Source of the DNA: Candidatus Heimdallarchaeota archaeon
GTDB taxonomy: Archaea; Asgardarchaeota; Heimdallarchaeia; Heimdallarchaeales; Heimdallarchaeaceae
NCBI GenBank assembly: GCA_019057815.1
Contig: JAHLWR010000025.1
Span: forward strand, 1 to 49,081
Reading direction: 5' to 3'
Length of the DNA stretch: 49,081 bases
Part shown: positions 38,790-48,517 of the stretch, in pieces
Layout of the letters: each line of letters starts with the position of its first letter
How positions within the stretch are numbered: the stretch's first letter is position 1
Made by a program: the position numbers and the translations under genes
Notes under the pieces: model-generated
Databases searched by the model: none
What the model was told of the DNA's origin: nothing
What the model saw: the letters and a program-made list of their open reading frames with translations, nothing else

Positions 38790-40046
38790 TTGCTTTCTTT
38801 ATATGCTGACTTCCACATCCACAGCCCATATAGTAGAGCAACCTCAAAAGCGATGTTGCTTCCTAATCTAGTCGAAAGTAGTAAAAGTGCAGGTTTGAAG
38901 ATTTTAGGAACGGGGGATATTTTGGATTCTCGTTGGCGAGAATATCTGAAAAACCACCTTGTAGAAGAAGATGAGGGTATTTATACATACAAAAAGGATG
39001 ATAGTCTATTTTTTGTTCCTACTGGTGAAGTTGAGGATAATGAAGGGATACACCATTTGTTGCTTCTACCCAGTATTAGTTCTGGTGAAGATTTAGCCTC
39101 TGAATTAGAAAAATCTATGGAAAAGACAATAAAACAATATGGTGGTCGACCCATTATTCCACTAAAAGGAAGCGAATTAGTAGAAATTGTTCATCGATAT
39201 AATGGTCTTATTGGTCCAGCACATGCGTTTACACCTTTTAAATCCATATTTCGTTCGAATAGATATAGGAAATTAAGTGGGAGTTATTTAAACCAAAGCA
39301 TAAAAATTGATTTTGTAGAATTGGGTTTGTCAGCTGATAGCAATATGGCTGATCGTATCAAAGAATTATGGAATTATACCTTTTTAACAAACTCGGATAG
39401 CCACTCTCCCCATCCTTCAAAAATTGGTAGAGAATGCAATTTAATAAGTTTAAACACAATAACTTTTGATGAAATAAGGTTTGCAATAAAGAATATCAAA
39501 GGGAGAAAAATAGAGAAAAACATAGGTTTAGATCCTAGATTAGGTAAATACTATAGTTCATTTTGTTTCAAATGCAGAAGAACAGTAAAATTTGTAGAAA
39601 ATGTAAACGCGTTATATGATGAGAAAAACATCTATTTTGAAAAAGCTGATGAGCATGTTATAATCAAGTCTGTCATTGAAAAGAATGTTCGCTGTCCAGT
39701 GTGTAGAGGTCTAGTTAAATCAGGTGTGAATAATAGAATAAAATCACTAGCAACCACAAAAGAGCGAAATAAGCAACGAGTTGAATACATCAACATTGTA
39801 CCCTTAGTAGAAATAATTGCAACTATACTTGGAATTAAAGGAACAAATACTAAAACAGTATTGAAGGAATACAATAATTTAACCTCAAATGTTGATAATG
39901 AAATTAAGATTTTAACAACAACCCCAATTGAAACAATAAAAAAAGAAAACAAAGTAGTTGGAGAAATAATAGACAAAATGAGAACGAATCAACTAGAAAT
40001 AAACGAGGGAGGAGGAGGAATTTACGGTAAATTACTATTACCTTAA
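38790..40046 (+). CDS. PHP-family endonuclease Q (TIGR00375-like)
   Basis: DFHIHSPYSRATS, GTGD, PAHAFTP, ELGLSAD, NSDSHS, GKY, CxxC...CxxC, GGGGIYG; TTG start 38790 after AGGAGG. Confidence 0.88.
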   Translation: MLSLYADFHIHSPYSRATSKAMLLPNLVESSKSAGLKILGTGDILDSRWREYLKNHLVEEDEGIYTYKKDDSLFFVPTGEVEDNEGIHHLLLLPSISSGEDLASELEKSMEKTIKQYGGRPIIPLKGSELVEIVHRYNGLIGPAHAFTPFKSIFRSNRYRKLSGSYLNQSIKIDFVELGLSADSNMADRIKELWNYTFLTNSDSHSPHPSKIGRECNLISLNTITFDEIRFAIKNIKGRKIEKNIGLDPRLGKYYSSFCFKCRRTVKFVENVNALYDEKNIYFEKADEHVIIKSVIEKNVRCPVCRGLVKSGVNNRIKSLATTKERNKQRVEYINIVPLVEIIATILGIKGTNTKTVLKEYNNLTSNVDNEIKILTTTPIETIKKENKVVGEIIDKMRTNQLEINEGGGGIYGKLLLP

Positions 40047-40058
40047 GATTGATTGTTT

Positions 40059-42176
40059 TTATTTCAGAGTTATTTTTACATCTACGGCTGAGATACCCTT
40101 ACCTTCCTCATAAACAAAGAAGGGATTAATATCCATTTCATCTATGTCTTGTCGAAAATCTTCTGCAAGGTGAGAAATTTTTACTAAAGTATCTAGGACA
40201 GCATCTATGTCTGATGGTGCTTCACCTCTGACACCTTTCAATAGTATGTATGTTTTTGTTTGTTGTAGGACTTTTCTTGCTCCTTCAAAAGTTATTGGGG
40301 CAAGGCCGAAAGCAGCATCTTTCATGAAATTTGTATAAATACCTCCAAGACCTATCATTATCATTGGACCAAACTGCGGATCTTGCAACACACCAGTAAT
40401 TAGTTCTCTCCCCAAAGGTACCATATACTGTACTTCTACAAGTTCTTTGGCATCAGGATAGTGTTTTTTAGTATTTTCCATGATTTCCTCAAAAGCTTTT
40501 CTGGCTTCATCTTTACTCTTAATCATGAGTTTAACTCCACCAATATCACTTTTGTGCAATATTCCTTCTCCTGTAATTTTGATAACTGTTGGAAAACCAA
40601 CTTCTTCTGCGAATTCAGCTGCTTCATCTGCAGAGTGGGCAAGTTTTGTTGGAGGGACATTAATGTTATAAGCGCTAACAACATTTTTAGCTTCGGTTCC
40701 TAATAATGTAGTTCTACCCTCTTTTTTTACATTATCAAAAATCTGTCTAACTTTTTCTCTATTAGCATCAATGGCTTTAATTTCCTCTTCAACTGGTCTG
40801 TTTTTAATTGATGAATAGTGAGCAAGGACCCCCATAGCTTTTACACCTCGCTCTGGTAATGGAAAACAAGGGATTCTGTGTCTTTTTAGATAGTGCATAG
40901 ACGGTCCTAACTCTTCTCCACCAATGAAAATGGCAATAATGGGCTTTTCAGGGTATTTATCATGTAACTCAACTATTTTTTCTGCTGTTTCTTGCCCTTC
41001 TGTCATTGCTTGAGGTGTTAGGATTACGATTACCCCATCAATATTTTCCTCTTGAAGTGCGATTTCTATGATTTTCTCATAATCTTCAGCTTGAGCGGTT
41101 CCAAGGGCATCTATGGGGTTGCCAAAACTTGATGCTGCGGGTAGGAATTCGCGAAGTTTACTCTCAAGATTTTCTGATATTGTGACCAACTCTAATCCTG
41201 CTTTTTCAGCAGCGTCAGTTGCAAGAATACCGGGTCCTCCTGCATTAGTAATAATAACAAAACGATTACCTTGTGGTATGGGCATACAGCTGAAAGCAAA
41301 AGCCATATCAAAAAGCTCTTGTGCCGAATCTGCGCGGATTACTCCACATTTTTCAAAAGCTACATTATAAGAAGTATCAGCACCAACCATACTTCCTGTA
41401 TGGCTTGAGGCTGCTTTTGCACCAGCTTTTGACCTGCCTGATTTAAGAACTAAAACTGGTTTCTTGCGAGTAACTTTCTTACAAACTTCAATAAATTTTT
41501 CGCCTCTATTAATACTCTCTAAATAAGCTAAAATTGCGTATGTATGATCATCATCTGCTAATGCATCAATAAAATCAGTTTCATCGAGATCAGCTTTGTT
41601 ACCAATTGAAATAAAACTTGAAAACCCTATCCCTTCAGCTCTACTCCAATCTAAAATTCCAGTTAATAATGCACCACTTTGTGATAAGAATGCTATATTG
41701 CCTTTGATTGGGGTTTGATCTGCGAAACTAGCGTTAATTGGTGTAATTGTATCAATAACCCCTAAAATATTAGGGCCAACTATTCGTATATTATACTTTC
41801 TAGCTATGCCAACGATCTGACGTTCCATTTTTGCTCCTTCAGAACCTGTTTCTTTAAATCCAGCAGTAATGACAGCAACGTAAGGTACACCTTTTTTTCC
41901 TATTTCTTCCATTAATGATGGAATGAATCTTGCGGGAATACAAACAACTGCAAGATCAACCTGATCGGGGATTTCACTAATTGTTGTATAACACTTAATA
42001 CCTAGTAACTCAAAACCGTATTTTTCAGCTTTTGGATTAACTGCAAAAAGTTTTCCCTTGAATCCACAATCCTTCATATTTCTTAAAGCGGCATAACCGA
42101 CTTTTTTTTCGTTGGAACTGGCACCAATAATTGCTACACTACTCGGACGAAGAAGCTTGTCTAGCTTAGTTAACAT
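40059..42176 (-). CDS. acetate--CoA ligase (ADP-forming), fused alpha-beta
   Basis: IIGAS, ITAGF, GPN, SQSGA, GNKAD, SHTG, NAGG, HKSDIGGV, DINP. Confidence 0.93.
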   Translation of the reverse strand: MLTKLDKLLRPSSVAIIGASSNEKKVGYAALRNMKDCGFKGKLFAVNPKAEKYGFELLGIKCYTTISEIPDQVDLAVVCIPARFIPSLMEEIGKKGVPYVAVITAGFKETGSEGAKMERQIVGIARKYNIRIVGPNILGVIDTITPINASFADQTPIKGNIAFLSQSGALLTGILDWSRAEGIGFSSFISIGNKADLDETDFIDALADDDHTYAILAYLESINRGEKFIEVCKKVTRKKPVLVLKSGRSKAGAKAASSHTGSMVGADTSYNVAFEKCGVIRADSAQELFDMAFAFSCMPIPQGNRFVIITNAGGPGILATDAAEKAGLELVTISENLESKLREFLPAASSFGNPIDALGTAQAEDYEKIIEIALQEENIDGVIVILTPQAMTEGQETAEKIVELHDKYPEKPIIAIFIGGEELGPSMHYLKRHRIPCFPLPERGVKAMGVLAHYSSIKNRPVEEEIKAIDANREKVRQIFDNVKKEGRTTLLGTEAKNVVSAYNINVPPTKLAHSADEAAEFAEEVGFPTVIKITGEGILHKSDIGGVKLMIKSKDEARKAFEEIMENTKKHYPDAKELVEVQYMVPLGRELITGVLQDPQFGPMIMIGLGGIYTNFMKDAAFGLAPITFEGARKVLQQTKTYILLKGVRGEAPSDIDAVLDTLVKISHLAEDFRQDIDEMDINPFFVYEEGKGISAVDVKITLK

Positions 42177-42464
42177 ATCTTTCTATCCCTAATTCCAGCG
42201 AATAGGTTGTAAATTTTAAGTTTGTCGATGTAGAGATAGATGGGTTGAAGAGGAAATACTATCCCAAATAGAAGAAAAATTAAAACTAATACAATCGTGC
42301 TTTACTCTAGCTAGTAGACACTTATGCAAAATTGAATAGAATTTGAATATCGCATCTTATAGCGCCTCTACTTGTAAATAAAACCTCTGCTTAGTTTTTT
42401 TAGTTTCGACAGCTATAAATAGTTTCTATGTCTATAAAGAGGTAACAACAATAAAGATGATTTT

Positions 42465-44708
42465 ATGAGTAAAGAAGAATTTGAACCAATTGACGCTCCG
42501 AAAAAAAAATGGAGTTTTTGGCTTATCGGAACCGGATTTTTTATTGTTTATTTCATTGGATTAATGTTTCTACTCGAAGCAACGCTTAAACCTCGTGAAA
42601 GCGTGGTTGGAGCCGTTATTGCCTATCTGCTAGGAATATTGGGTTTAGTAATTTTTGCTATACTTGTTCGTAGTAAGAAAAAGGCTGCAGCTACTATACC
42701 TCTGCTTCTCATCATAGTTTTTGGTGGTGGCTATTTATTCCATTATGTGATCCCCAATGTTCCTGTTTACAACCCCTTTGCCCCTATTTCTGAGCGTACA
42801 GAGCTTGTTCTTGACGCCTTTGAAGGTGTTAGTCAAGTTATAGGAAATGATAGTCTTCCTGTCGATATAGAAACAATTGAAAAGTACAGTCAATATGCTT
42901 TTCTTATTGATTTGGTTATGGCTTTACCCCTTTTCATATTTGGCACGATAGCACTTGTTTGGCTTGTGCAAATATTCACGGAGAAACCTAAAATACTCAC
43001 AATATTCTCTTCACTATTCGCAGTTGTTTTCTTGATAATTGGACTAATAATATTTCCATATGCACAACTGATGGTGGCGGGTGTCGTAGATTTAGGATCC
43101 AACTTCATTCCAGGTGCCCTCTATGTACAGGAAGGAGCTATGATATTTGCTGAACTTGATACTGCATCTCAAGCTGAAATAGATGAAGCTATAGCTAAGT
43201 TTTACCTTGCATCTGAATACTTCCAAGAAAGTGCTGAAAGTCTTAAAGGATTAAAAACGATGGGTGTTTTTGCAATAGCCAGTCTTATTCCGTACTATGG
43301 GGAGAGTCTACGGGTGCTCACGGACAATCTATATTATATGGCGTCCGCTACCTTGGAATTAGCGGGGGCATTAGGTCCATTTGTTAATGGAACATTTCAA
43401 GTAATGGATGGATTAGATGATGCCATGTCCGCTCTTGGGGGAACACCGATTTCACCTACATCGCCAGAAGGAATTAGAACTCAAGGTTTCGAAGACATTA
43501 ATGACGCTCTATTTGAGCAAGCAATTCTAAAGATTGATCAAGGGATTCTTACCTTAGGTGATTCTATAGGAGCTCTTGAAAATGCGCTCGCAGAAACGGA
43601 AAATATTAATCTTGCTGAAGTATATACTGCTCTTCAAGATATGGGTATAGCTTCAGAAGAAATTGAAGGAAGCCTTGATATGGTAGATGATTATCTGTCG
43701 ATGTTCGGTCAAGGAGCTATAACAGTTATGAAAGCACTATTCACAAAACCTGAGGGTGGAAATTTTGCAACATTCACACACTTCCTGTACGGAGCCTATA
43801 ATTTGTTTAAAGTTGGAAATCTAATAGGAGATATCTCTGCTTTTAATGGAACCTCTCAATACTTCTCTGAAGCCACTGATAACTTCACTTTGGTCTATAG
43901 TCAATTAAATACAGCTGATGTTCTAGCTGTTGCTAATTCTGATACTCCTATACTAAATGTAACCGTGAGTTTTGTAGTTGATATAACAGGTCTATCTGTA
44001 TCACTTTGTCAATTTGGAACTGGTGTAGCACAAACTTTTGAGAGTTTAGATGGCATCTTAGACAATCTTGATATTGGATATGAAAACGTTACTACTTATC
44101 CTGCCTTAATAGGCCAGGTTGATGATTTAGTTTCAATAACTGATGACCTCGTTATAACAGCTGCATTGGTTGATGCTAATGTATCTATTGTACATGATAA
44201 AGCAACAAATCAAGAATATGGGGTAATGAGTGACCCAGCTCTACAATTTAGTGATTTGTTGAACCAATTTGATTTTACAACCAATGTTGGTAATGCTAAT
44301 GCCATTGCACATTCTTTCCTTCATCTTTTCTACGCAATGGAAGCATTAAGTTACACGTATAACAACGTTACAGCTGCTTTTGTAGATTTTGGCACCCCAG
44401 ATTACGCTAGTGCTCTAACAAAATTCAAAGCAGCAAACAATTCTCTCACTGTAGCCAGATATCACATTAATGAATCTATTATTTGGATGGAACATGCACA
44501 ATCTCTTGGTGGAATGATTCAACTAGATACATCAATCGCTGCTTTACAAGCCATAAATACGGGATTAGAAACTGTGGATACAGAAATCGATACTATTTTT
44601 GGTATAGATTGGTTAGTTGATCCTGGATTAGTGGAAACAAGTGTCAACAATATTGTGGATGCATTAGTCCAAGTAAATATCGATTTACAAAATGTAGCTG
44701 CGCAATAG
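42465..44708 (+). CDS. large 5-TM membrane protein with helical ectodomain; paralog of 15708..18164
   Basis: Shared blocks PVYNPFAPISERT, THFLYG.YNL, NSDTP.LN, AHSF.HLF, NVAAQ. Confidence 0.88.
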   Translation: MSKEEFEPIDAPKKKWSFWLIGTGFFIVYFIGLMFLLEATLKPRESVVGAVIAYLLGILGLVIFAILVRSKKKAAATIPLLLIIVFGGGYLFHYVIPNVPVYNPFAPISERTELVLDAFEGVSQVIGNDSLPVDIETIEKYSQYAFLIDLVMALPLFIFGTIALVWLVQIFTEKPKILTIFSSLFAVVFLIIGLIIFPYAQLMVAGVVDLGSNFIPGALYVQEGAMIFAELDTASQAEIDEAIAKFYLASEYFQESAESLKGLKTMGVFAIASLIPYYGESLRVLTDNLYYMASATLELAGALGPFVNGTFQVMDGLDDAMSALGGTPISPTSPEGIRTQGFEDINDALFEQAILKIDQGILTLGDSIGALENALAETENINLAEVYTALQDMGIASEEIEGSLDMVDDYLSMFGQGAITVMKALFTKPEGGNFATFTHFLYGAYNLFKVGNLIGDISAFNGTSQYFSEATDNFTLVYSQLNTADVLAVANSDTPILNVTVSFVVDITGLSVSLCQFGTGVAQTFESLDGILDNLDIGYENVTTYPALIGQVDDLVSITDDLVITAALVDANVSIVHDKATNQEYGVMSDPALQFSDLLNQFDFTTNVGNANAIAHSFLHLFYAMEALSYTYNNVTAAFVDFGTPDYASALTKFKAANNSLTVARYHINESIIWMEHAQSLGGMIQLDTSIAALQAINTGLETVDTEIDTIFGIDWLVDPGLVETSVNNIVDALVQVNIDLQNVAAQ

Positions 44709-44804
44709 CGCACTTTTTTTCTTTTTCTTTTTATAAAAATCGTTTTTGCCTAGATAAGATAACTTTTTTACTATTTGCCATAGTTATCGATAGAGGTATC
44801 TTAC

Positions 44805-45212
44805 ATGACTTCTTCGAATGTCTTCATCTCTTATGATCATGATATTATGAAATTCACAGAAATGCGCGATTCCACGAAATTTGAAAAGATTCTTCAAAGC
44901 GACATAACAGAAATTGGAGCAAAGTTAGATGCATTAGGAATGGATGGTATTCTAATTTTCAGTAGACAAAACAATCGTTGGAATCTTATTTTTGCAAAAC
45001 ATCTAGGTCTAGTTGCACAAAGAACAGCAAGAAGACAAGCTGATACTATTAGTAGATCTGGATTCATGCTCTCTTCAGGGGAAAGAGTAGGTAGAGGGGA
45101 TCCTCTAGAGCAACTTTCAGCTGATAATATTGGAGATTTGAACAAATCTGTTCAGCAAAAATACATTAGTACGGATCTTAGTGGATTTCATGGAGATTCA
45201 AGACAAAACTGA
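44805..45212 (+). CDS. hypothetical protein, possible single gelsolin-like domain; paralog of 48518
   Basis: Shares MDGIL.F, GLVAQRT.RR.AD.ISRSGF.LS.GERVG, IGDL.KSVQ.KYI.TDL.GF.GDSRQ with 48518. Confidence 0.8.
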   Translation: MTSSNVFISYDHDIMKFTEMRDSTKFEKILQSDITEIGAKLDALGMDGILIFSRQNNRWNLIFAKHLGLVAQRTARRQADTISRSGFMLSSGERVGRGDPLEQLSADNIGDLNKSVQQKYISTDLSGFHGDSRQN

Positions 45213-45435
45213 ACTTAATGCTCAAACAACTAAATCATACTATTGTGGTTGAAACCACCTATTTTTTTTATGTTTTTATTATGATTCTTTTTTACTAAAC
45301 TGTTTAAATTGGGATAAGAACCAAACATAGGAGAATTTTATTTTATTAATAGCCGGTTCATTCATGCTAAAAGTGTTTTATAATTTCTCCACTATTTAAA
45401 TGAAATTACGAATCACTCTTATGAGGAATTAATGT

Positions 45436-46311
45436 ATGGTTGATATAACAGGGGAAGAGCCTGAAGAAAGGAGAGAAGGTTTAGCTCACCCTTTAATCGA
45501 CCATAGAAAACAGCTATACTCCAAGTACCAACAAACTTTGGAAAAACAAGAAGAACGTTTTCAAGTATGTATTGACGAAATGCTAGTGATTTTACGGGAT
45601 CATATCCCTGTAGAAATCCTAGTCCAAGCTGTGGCACAACTCGAAAGTATACAACTAAGGTTAGTGACAGATAAGTTAAGAGAAAACAAATTCTTAACTA
45701 GAAACCAAATTGTAGTATATTTTCTTGCCATTTTAGATAATTTGCTTGGGTTAATCTATGAAAAACTTACACAAACCCACTTCAATCTGCTGAGATCAAA
45801 TGTGACTGGGTTAAGCTATGGAAAAACCTTCAGCTACCCTCATATGAAGAAGATTCAAATGAATCTTATTCAAGAGGGTTATATTATGAGAGTAAAGTCC
45901 TTATGTTACACATTGAAATTGAAGGATAAGTTCTGTCAAATTGTTAGTCATATATTTGGGTTGTACCCAAAATTAACCGAAGAACTTCGAGAAATTGAAA
46001 TAACAGGATATTCTTTAATACATACTAAATCAATTCCAAAATTGGAACCAACAAAAGCAGCAGCTGTAGTGTTAGGATTACTTGTTCCATGCTATTTTAA
46101 GGAAAAAAACGAACAAGATTTGATTTGGTGTTTTTTAGAGGAGATAACAAGAGAAAATAAGAAGCAAATGATGAGAAAAGTTTACAGATTCAAAGCAAAG
46201 CTAAAACAAGAGGGAAAGATAGATTTATTTTTCAAAACAGAAGAAAATAGTGTAAAAAACACTAATGGTACTCGTTATACTCAGGACAAATTGGTTCTGT
46301 CTTTTGAGTGA
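45436..46311 (+). CDS. hypothetical helical protein, possibly a degenerate cyclin/TFIIB fold
   Basis: 291-aa ORF; LEPTKAAAVVLGLL resembles a cyclin-box helix. Confidence 0.6.
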   Translation: MVDITGEEPEERREGLAHPLIDHRKQLYSKYQQTLEKQEERFQVCIDEMLVILRDHIPVEILVQAVAQLESIQLRLVTDKLRENKFLTRNQIVVYFLAILDNLLGLIYEKLTQTHFNLLRSNVTGLSYGKTFSYPHMKKIQMNLIQEGYIMRVKSLCYTLKLKDKFCQIVSHIFGLYPKLTEELREIEITGYSLIHTKSIPKLEPTKAAAVVLGLLVPCYFKEKNEQDLIWCFLEEITRENKKQMMRKVYRFKAKLKQEGKIDLFFKTEENSVKNTNGTRYTQDKLVLSFE

Positions 46312-47098
46312 ATTTACCATATCTAATCTCTCCCGTGGAGTAAATTTTATTCTTCAGGATGTAATAAACAGTACTTTTGGACATATTGTAATGACTGGCT
46401 ATCTGTGATGGTAGTGCATTTTGTTTGTAGTATGCTTCATATATTCCACGAATTACTGATTCTTTTTCTTCGTCTATAATAATTGAATTTGTTGAAGTGT
46501 CGATTTTATATCCCAACGGTGGGCGAGTGATAGCTTTACCCGAATGGACTCGTCTTTCTCTACCCAATCTAGCTTTCTCTCTGTATTTGATTAGTTCCTG
46601 CTCTGACATTGCATCAAAAATCCTAGTGATAAGTTTTTCACGATTATTTTCTTGCTCTAGAGGAGAAATATCTTGACTACAATCTTGTATATAACATCCA
46701 TATTTACGTAGAGTGTAGCTAGCAAAACCGAGTAAATCTACGTCACGAGCAATTCTATCCCGATTTTGCACCCAAACTTCTTTAATGGGTTTTCCCGACC
46801 CTTTGTAAAGTTGAATGAGTGATAATAATTGAGAAAAACCTTTCCGTGAGTCTATGTCTGTGTCTCCAGGAACGCTCTCATCGACTATGAATTCTACGAT
46901 TGAGTAGGTGATGTTTGGGTTCCTTTCTTCAACTTCCTTAATCTTATCTAGAATGAACTTTTTCTGGGTTTCAACTCCTCCAGCTTGGTCTGCTGTTGAA
47001 ACTCGAATATAGCCTATTATTTGATGGCATTGCTCATCACTACTATTTATTATCTTATCTTTAACGCTTTTATGAGGTTGTTTATAAAAATCAGCCAT
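46262..47098 (-). CDS. serine recombinase (resolvase catalytic domain plus recombinase DNA-binding domain)
   Basis: YIRVST catalytic Ser, DES.PG...R.GF, DRIARD, helix E, PPLGY, STVYYILKN..Y. Confidence 0.9.
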   Translation of the reverse strand: MADFYKQPHKSVKDKIINSSDEQCHQIIGYIRVSTADQAGGVETQKKFILDKIKEVEERNPNITYSIVEFIVDESVPGDTDIDSRKGFSQLLSLIQLYKGSGKPIKEVWVQNRDRIARDVDLLGFASYTLRKYGCYIQDCSQDISPLEQENNREKLITRIFDAMSEQELIKYREKARLGRERRVHSGKAITRPPLGYKIDTSTNSIIIDEEKESVIRGIYEAYYKQNALPSQIASHYNMSKSTVYYILKNKIYSTGEIRYGKFTQKTEPICPEYNEYH

Positions 47099-47508
47099 TG
47101 ATCATCAACATTTATCGTAAAACTTCCGACGAAAAAGTCTTCTCTTATGCACATATAAAAGGGTTATCGTTCAAATTGGTGGTCAGTTCAATACGGGGAA
47201 CTTATAAGAAGGTAGATATACCTAGTGTTTTTGGTACCTAACAGCATTTCTTGGCCTTCTGTTATATTTATAAGAATGTATAAATGTCTGAAACAAAAGG
47301 TGGTCAATGACCTTAAAGCTTAATTTTTGGGGTAAGAAAAAAAATGATAATAAGAGGCAAAATGGTGCCAGTGCTAAAGAAAATAATACTGAAGATCTTA
47401 TCGATTCTAATTTTAGGATAGCAAAGGAAGCATATCAAGAGTAATGTTTGAAAATTAAAACTAATCAATAATTGAAAAAAGTGATATAGGTTATTAGAAT
47501 AGAAATCC

Positions 47509-48315
47509 TTGATGATAAAAATCATAGATTCAGAAAATAACCCTCTTATTACAAGATGTATTAATATTGCATCTTCTAACTATTTTGAAAACATGATTTT
47601 ATTAGGAGATCTCTATCCTCCTTGCAATAAAGAAACAAAAATATTTGGGGTATTTAATAGTAGCCAACAGATGGAAAATTTATTCTCTATTTATGAAGGT
47701 TTTTCTAGTCCATCTATTGTTATACCTTACAAATGTAAAGACAAAATCTTGAAAGAAATCCTATTATATCTGCAAAATCATATAAAAGACAAATTTGTGA
47801 TACCAAGCTTTGATTTAAAGGGAGATACATTGCGTGAATTCTATGATATCGTAGATACAAGTAGAGAACTATGTATGTACATAAAGAAGAAAGATTTCCG
47901 ACCAGAAACTGATATTGCAATGGTTCAAAAATATCAAGATAAAGATTTAGAGAAAATCAATTTTTTTCATAGTTTCATTTCAGCTGCTCCTTATACTCCT
48001 TCTCAGTTGGAAAGTGGTTATTACCACTATATCGAAGCAGATAGTAAGATTGTAGCTTGTGGAGGAACACATTTTGAAACTCCAAAATTGGCTCAGATAG
48101 GAAATATCTATGTATTACCCAATTTTAGAAGAAAGGGATACGGAAAAAAAGTTGTTTCTACCATTACTGAAGAAATTCTTAGAAACAAGGAATATACTAC
48201 GCTTTTCGTTTTAAAAGACAATCTTTCTGCGCTCTCTTTATATAAAAAACTGGGGCATAGAAATTTTAAACAGGTGAATCTTTACTTTTGTAAGATAAAA
48301 ACAGCTATAAATTAA
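47509..48315 (+). CDS. GNAT-family acetyltransferase
   Basis: IGNIYVLPNFRRKGYG, N.SALSLYKKLG. Confidence 0.88.
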   Translation: MMIKIIDSENNPLITRCINIASSNYFENMILLGDLYPPCNKETKIFGVFNSSQQMENLFSIYEGFSSPSIVIPYKCKDKILKEILLYLQNHIKDKFVIPSFDLKGDTLREFYDIVDTSRELCMYIKKKDFRPETDIAMVQKYQDKDLEKINFFHSFISAAPYTPSQLESGYYHYIEADSKIVACGGTHFETPKLAQIGNIYVLPNFRRKGYGKKVVSTITEEILRNKEYTTLFVLKDNLSALSLYKKLGHRNFKQVNLYFCKIKTAIN

Positions 48316-48517
48316 TCTATTTTATAAGAAAAATCGCTAAAAGTTAAGTTTTTCTTGTAAATCATGGATTTTTTTACTATAGCTACAAAAATCTTTGAAA
48401 TGCATAAATACTAACTCAAGAGTGCTTAAAAAGATTTTTTTACGTGTTGCCTAAAGGGAATAACTTTTTTAATAAAAATATAATTTTCTATTAATTAGTT
48501 TATTTAAGGTTATAAAT

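Noticed and set aside
46262-47098. Serine recombinase as the in-trans TnpA for the IS607-like element
   Set aside because: Wrong architecture: it has a C-terminal recombinase domain and no N-terminal MerR-like HTH
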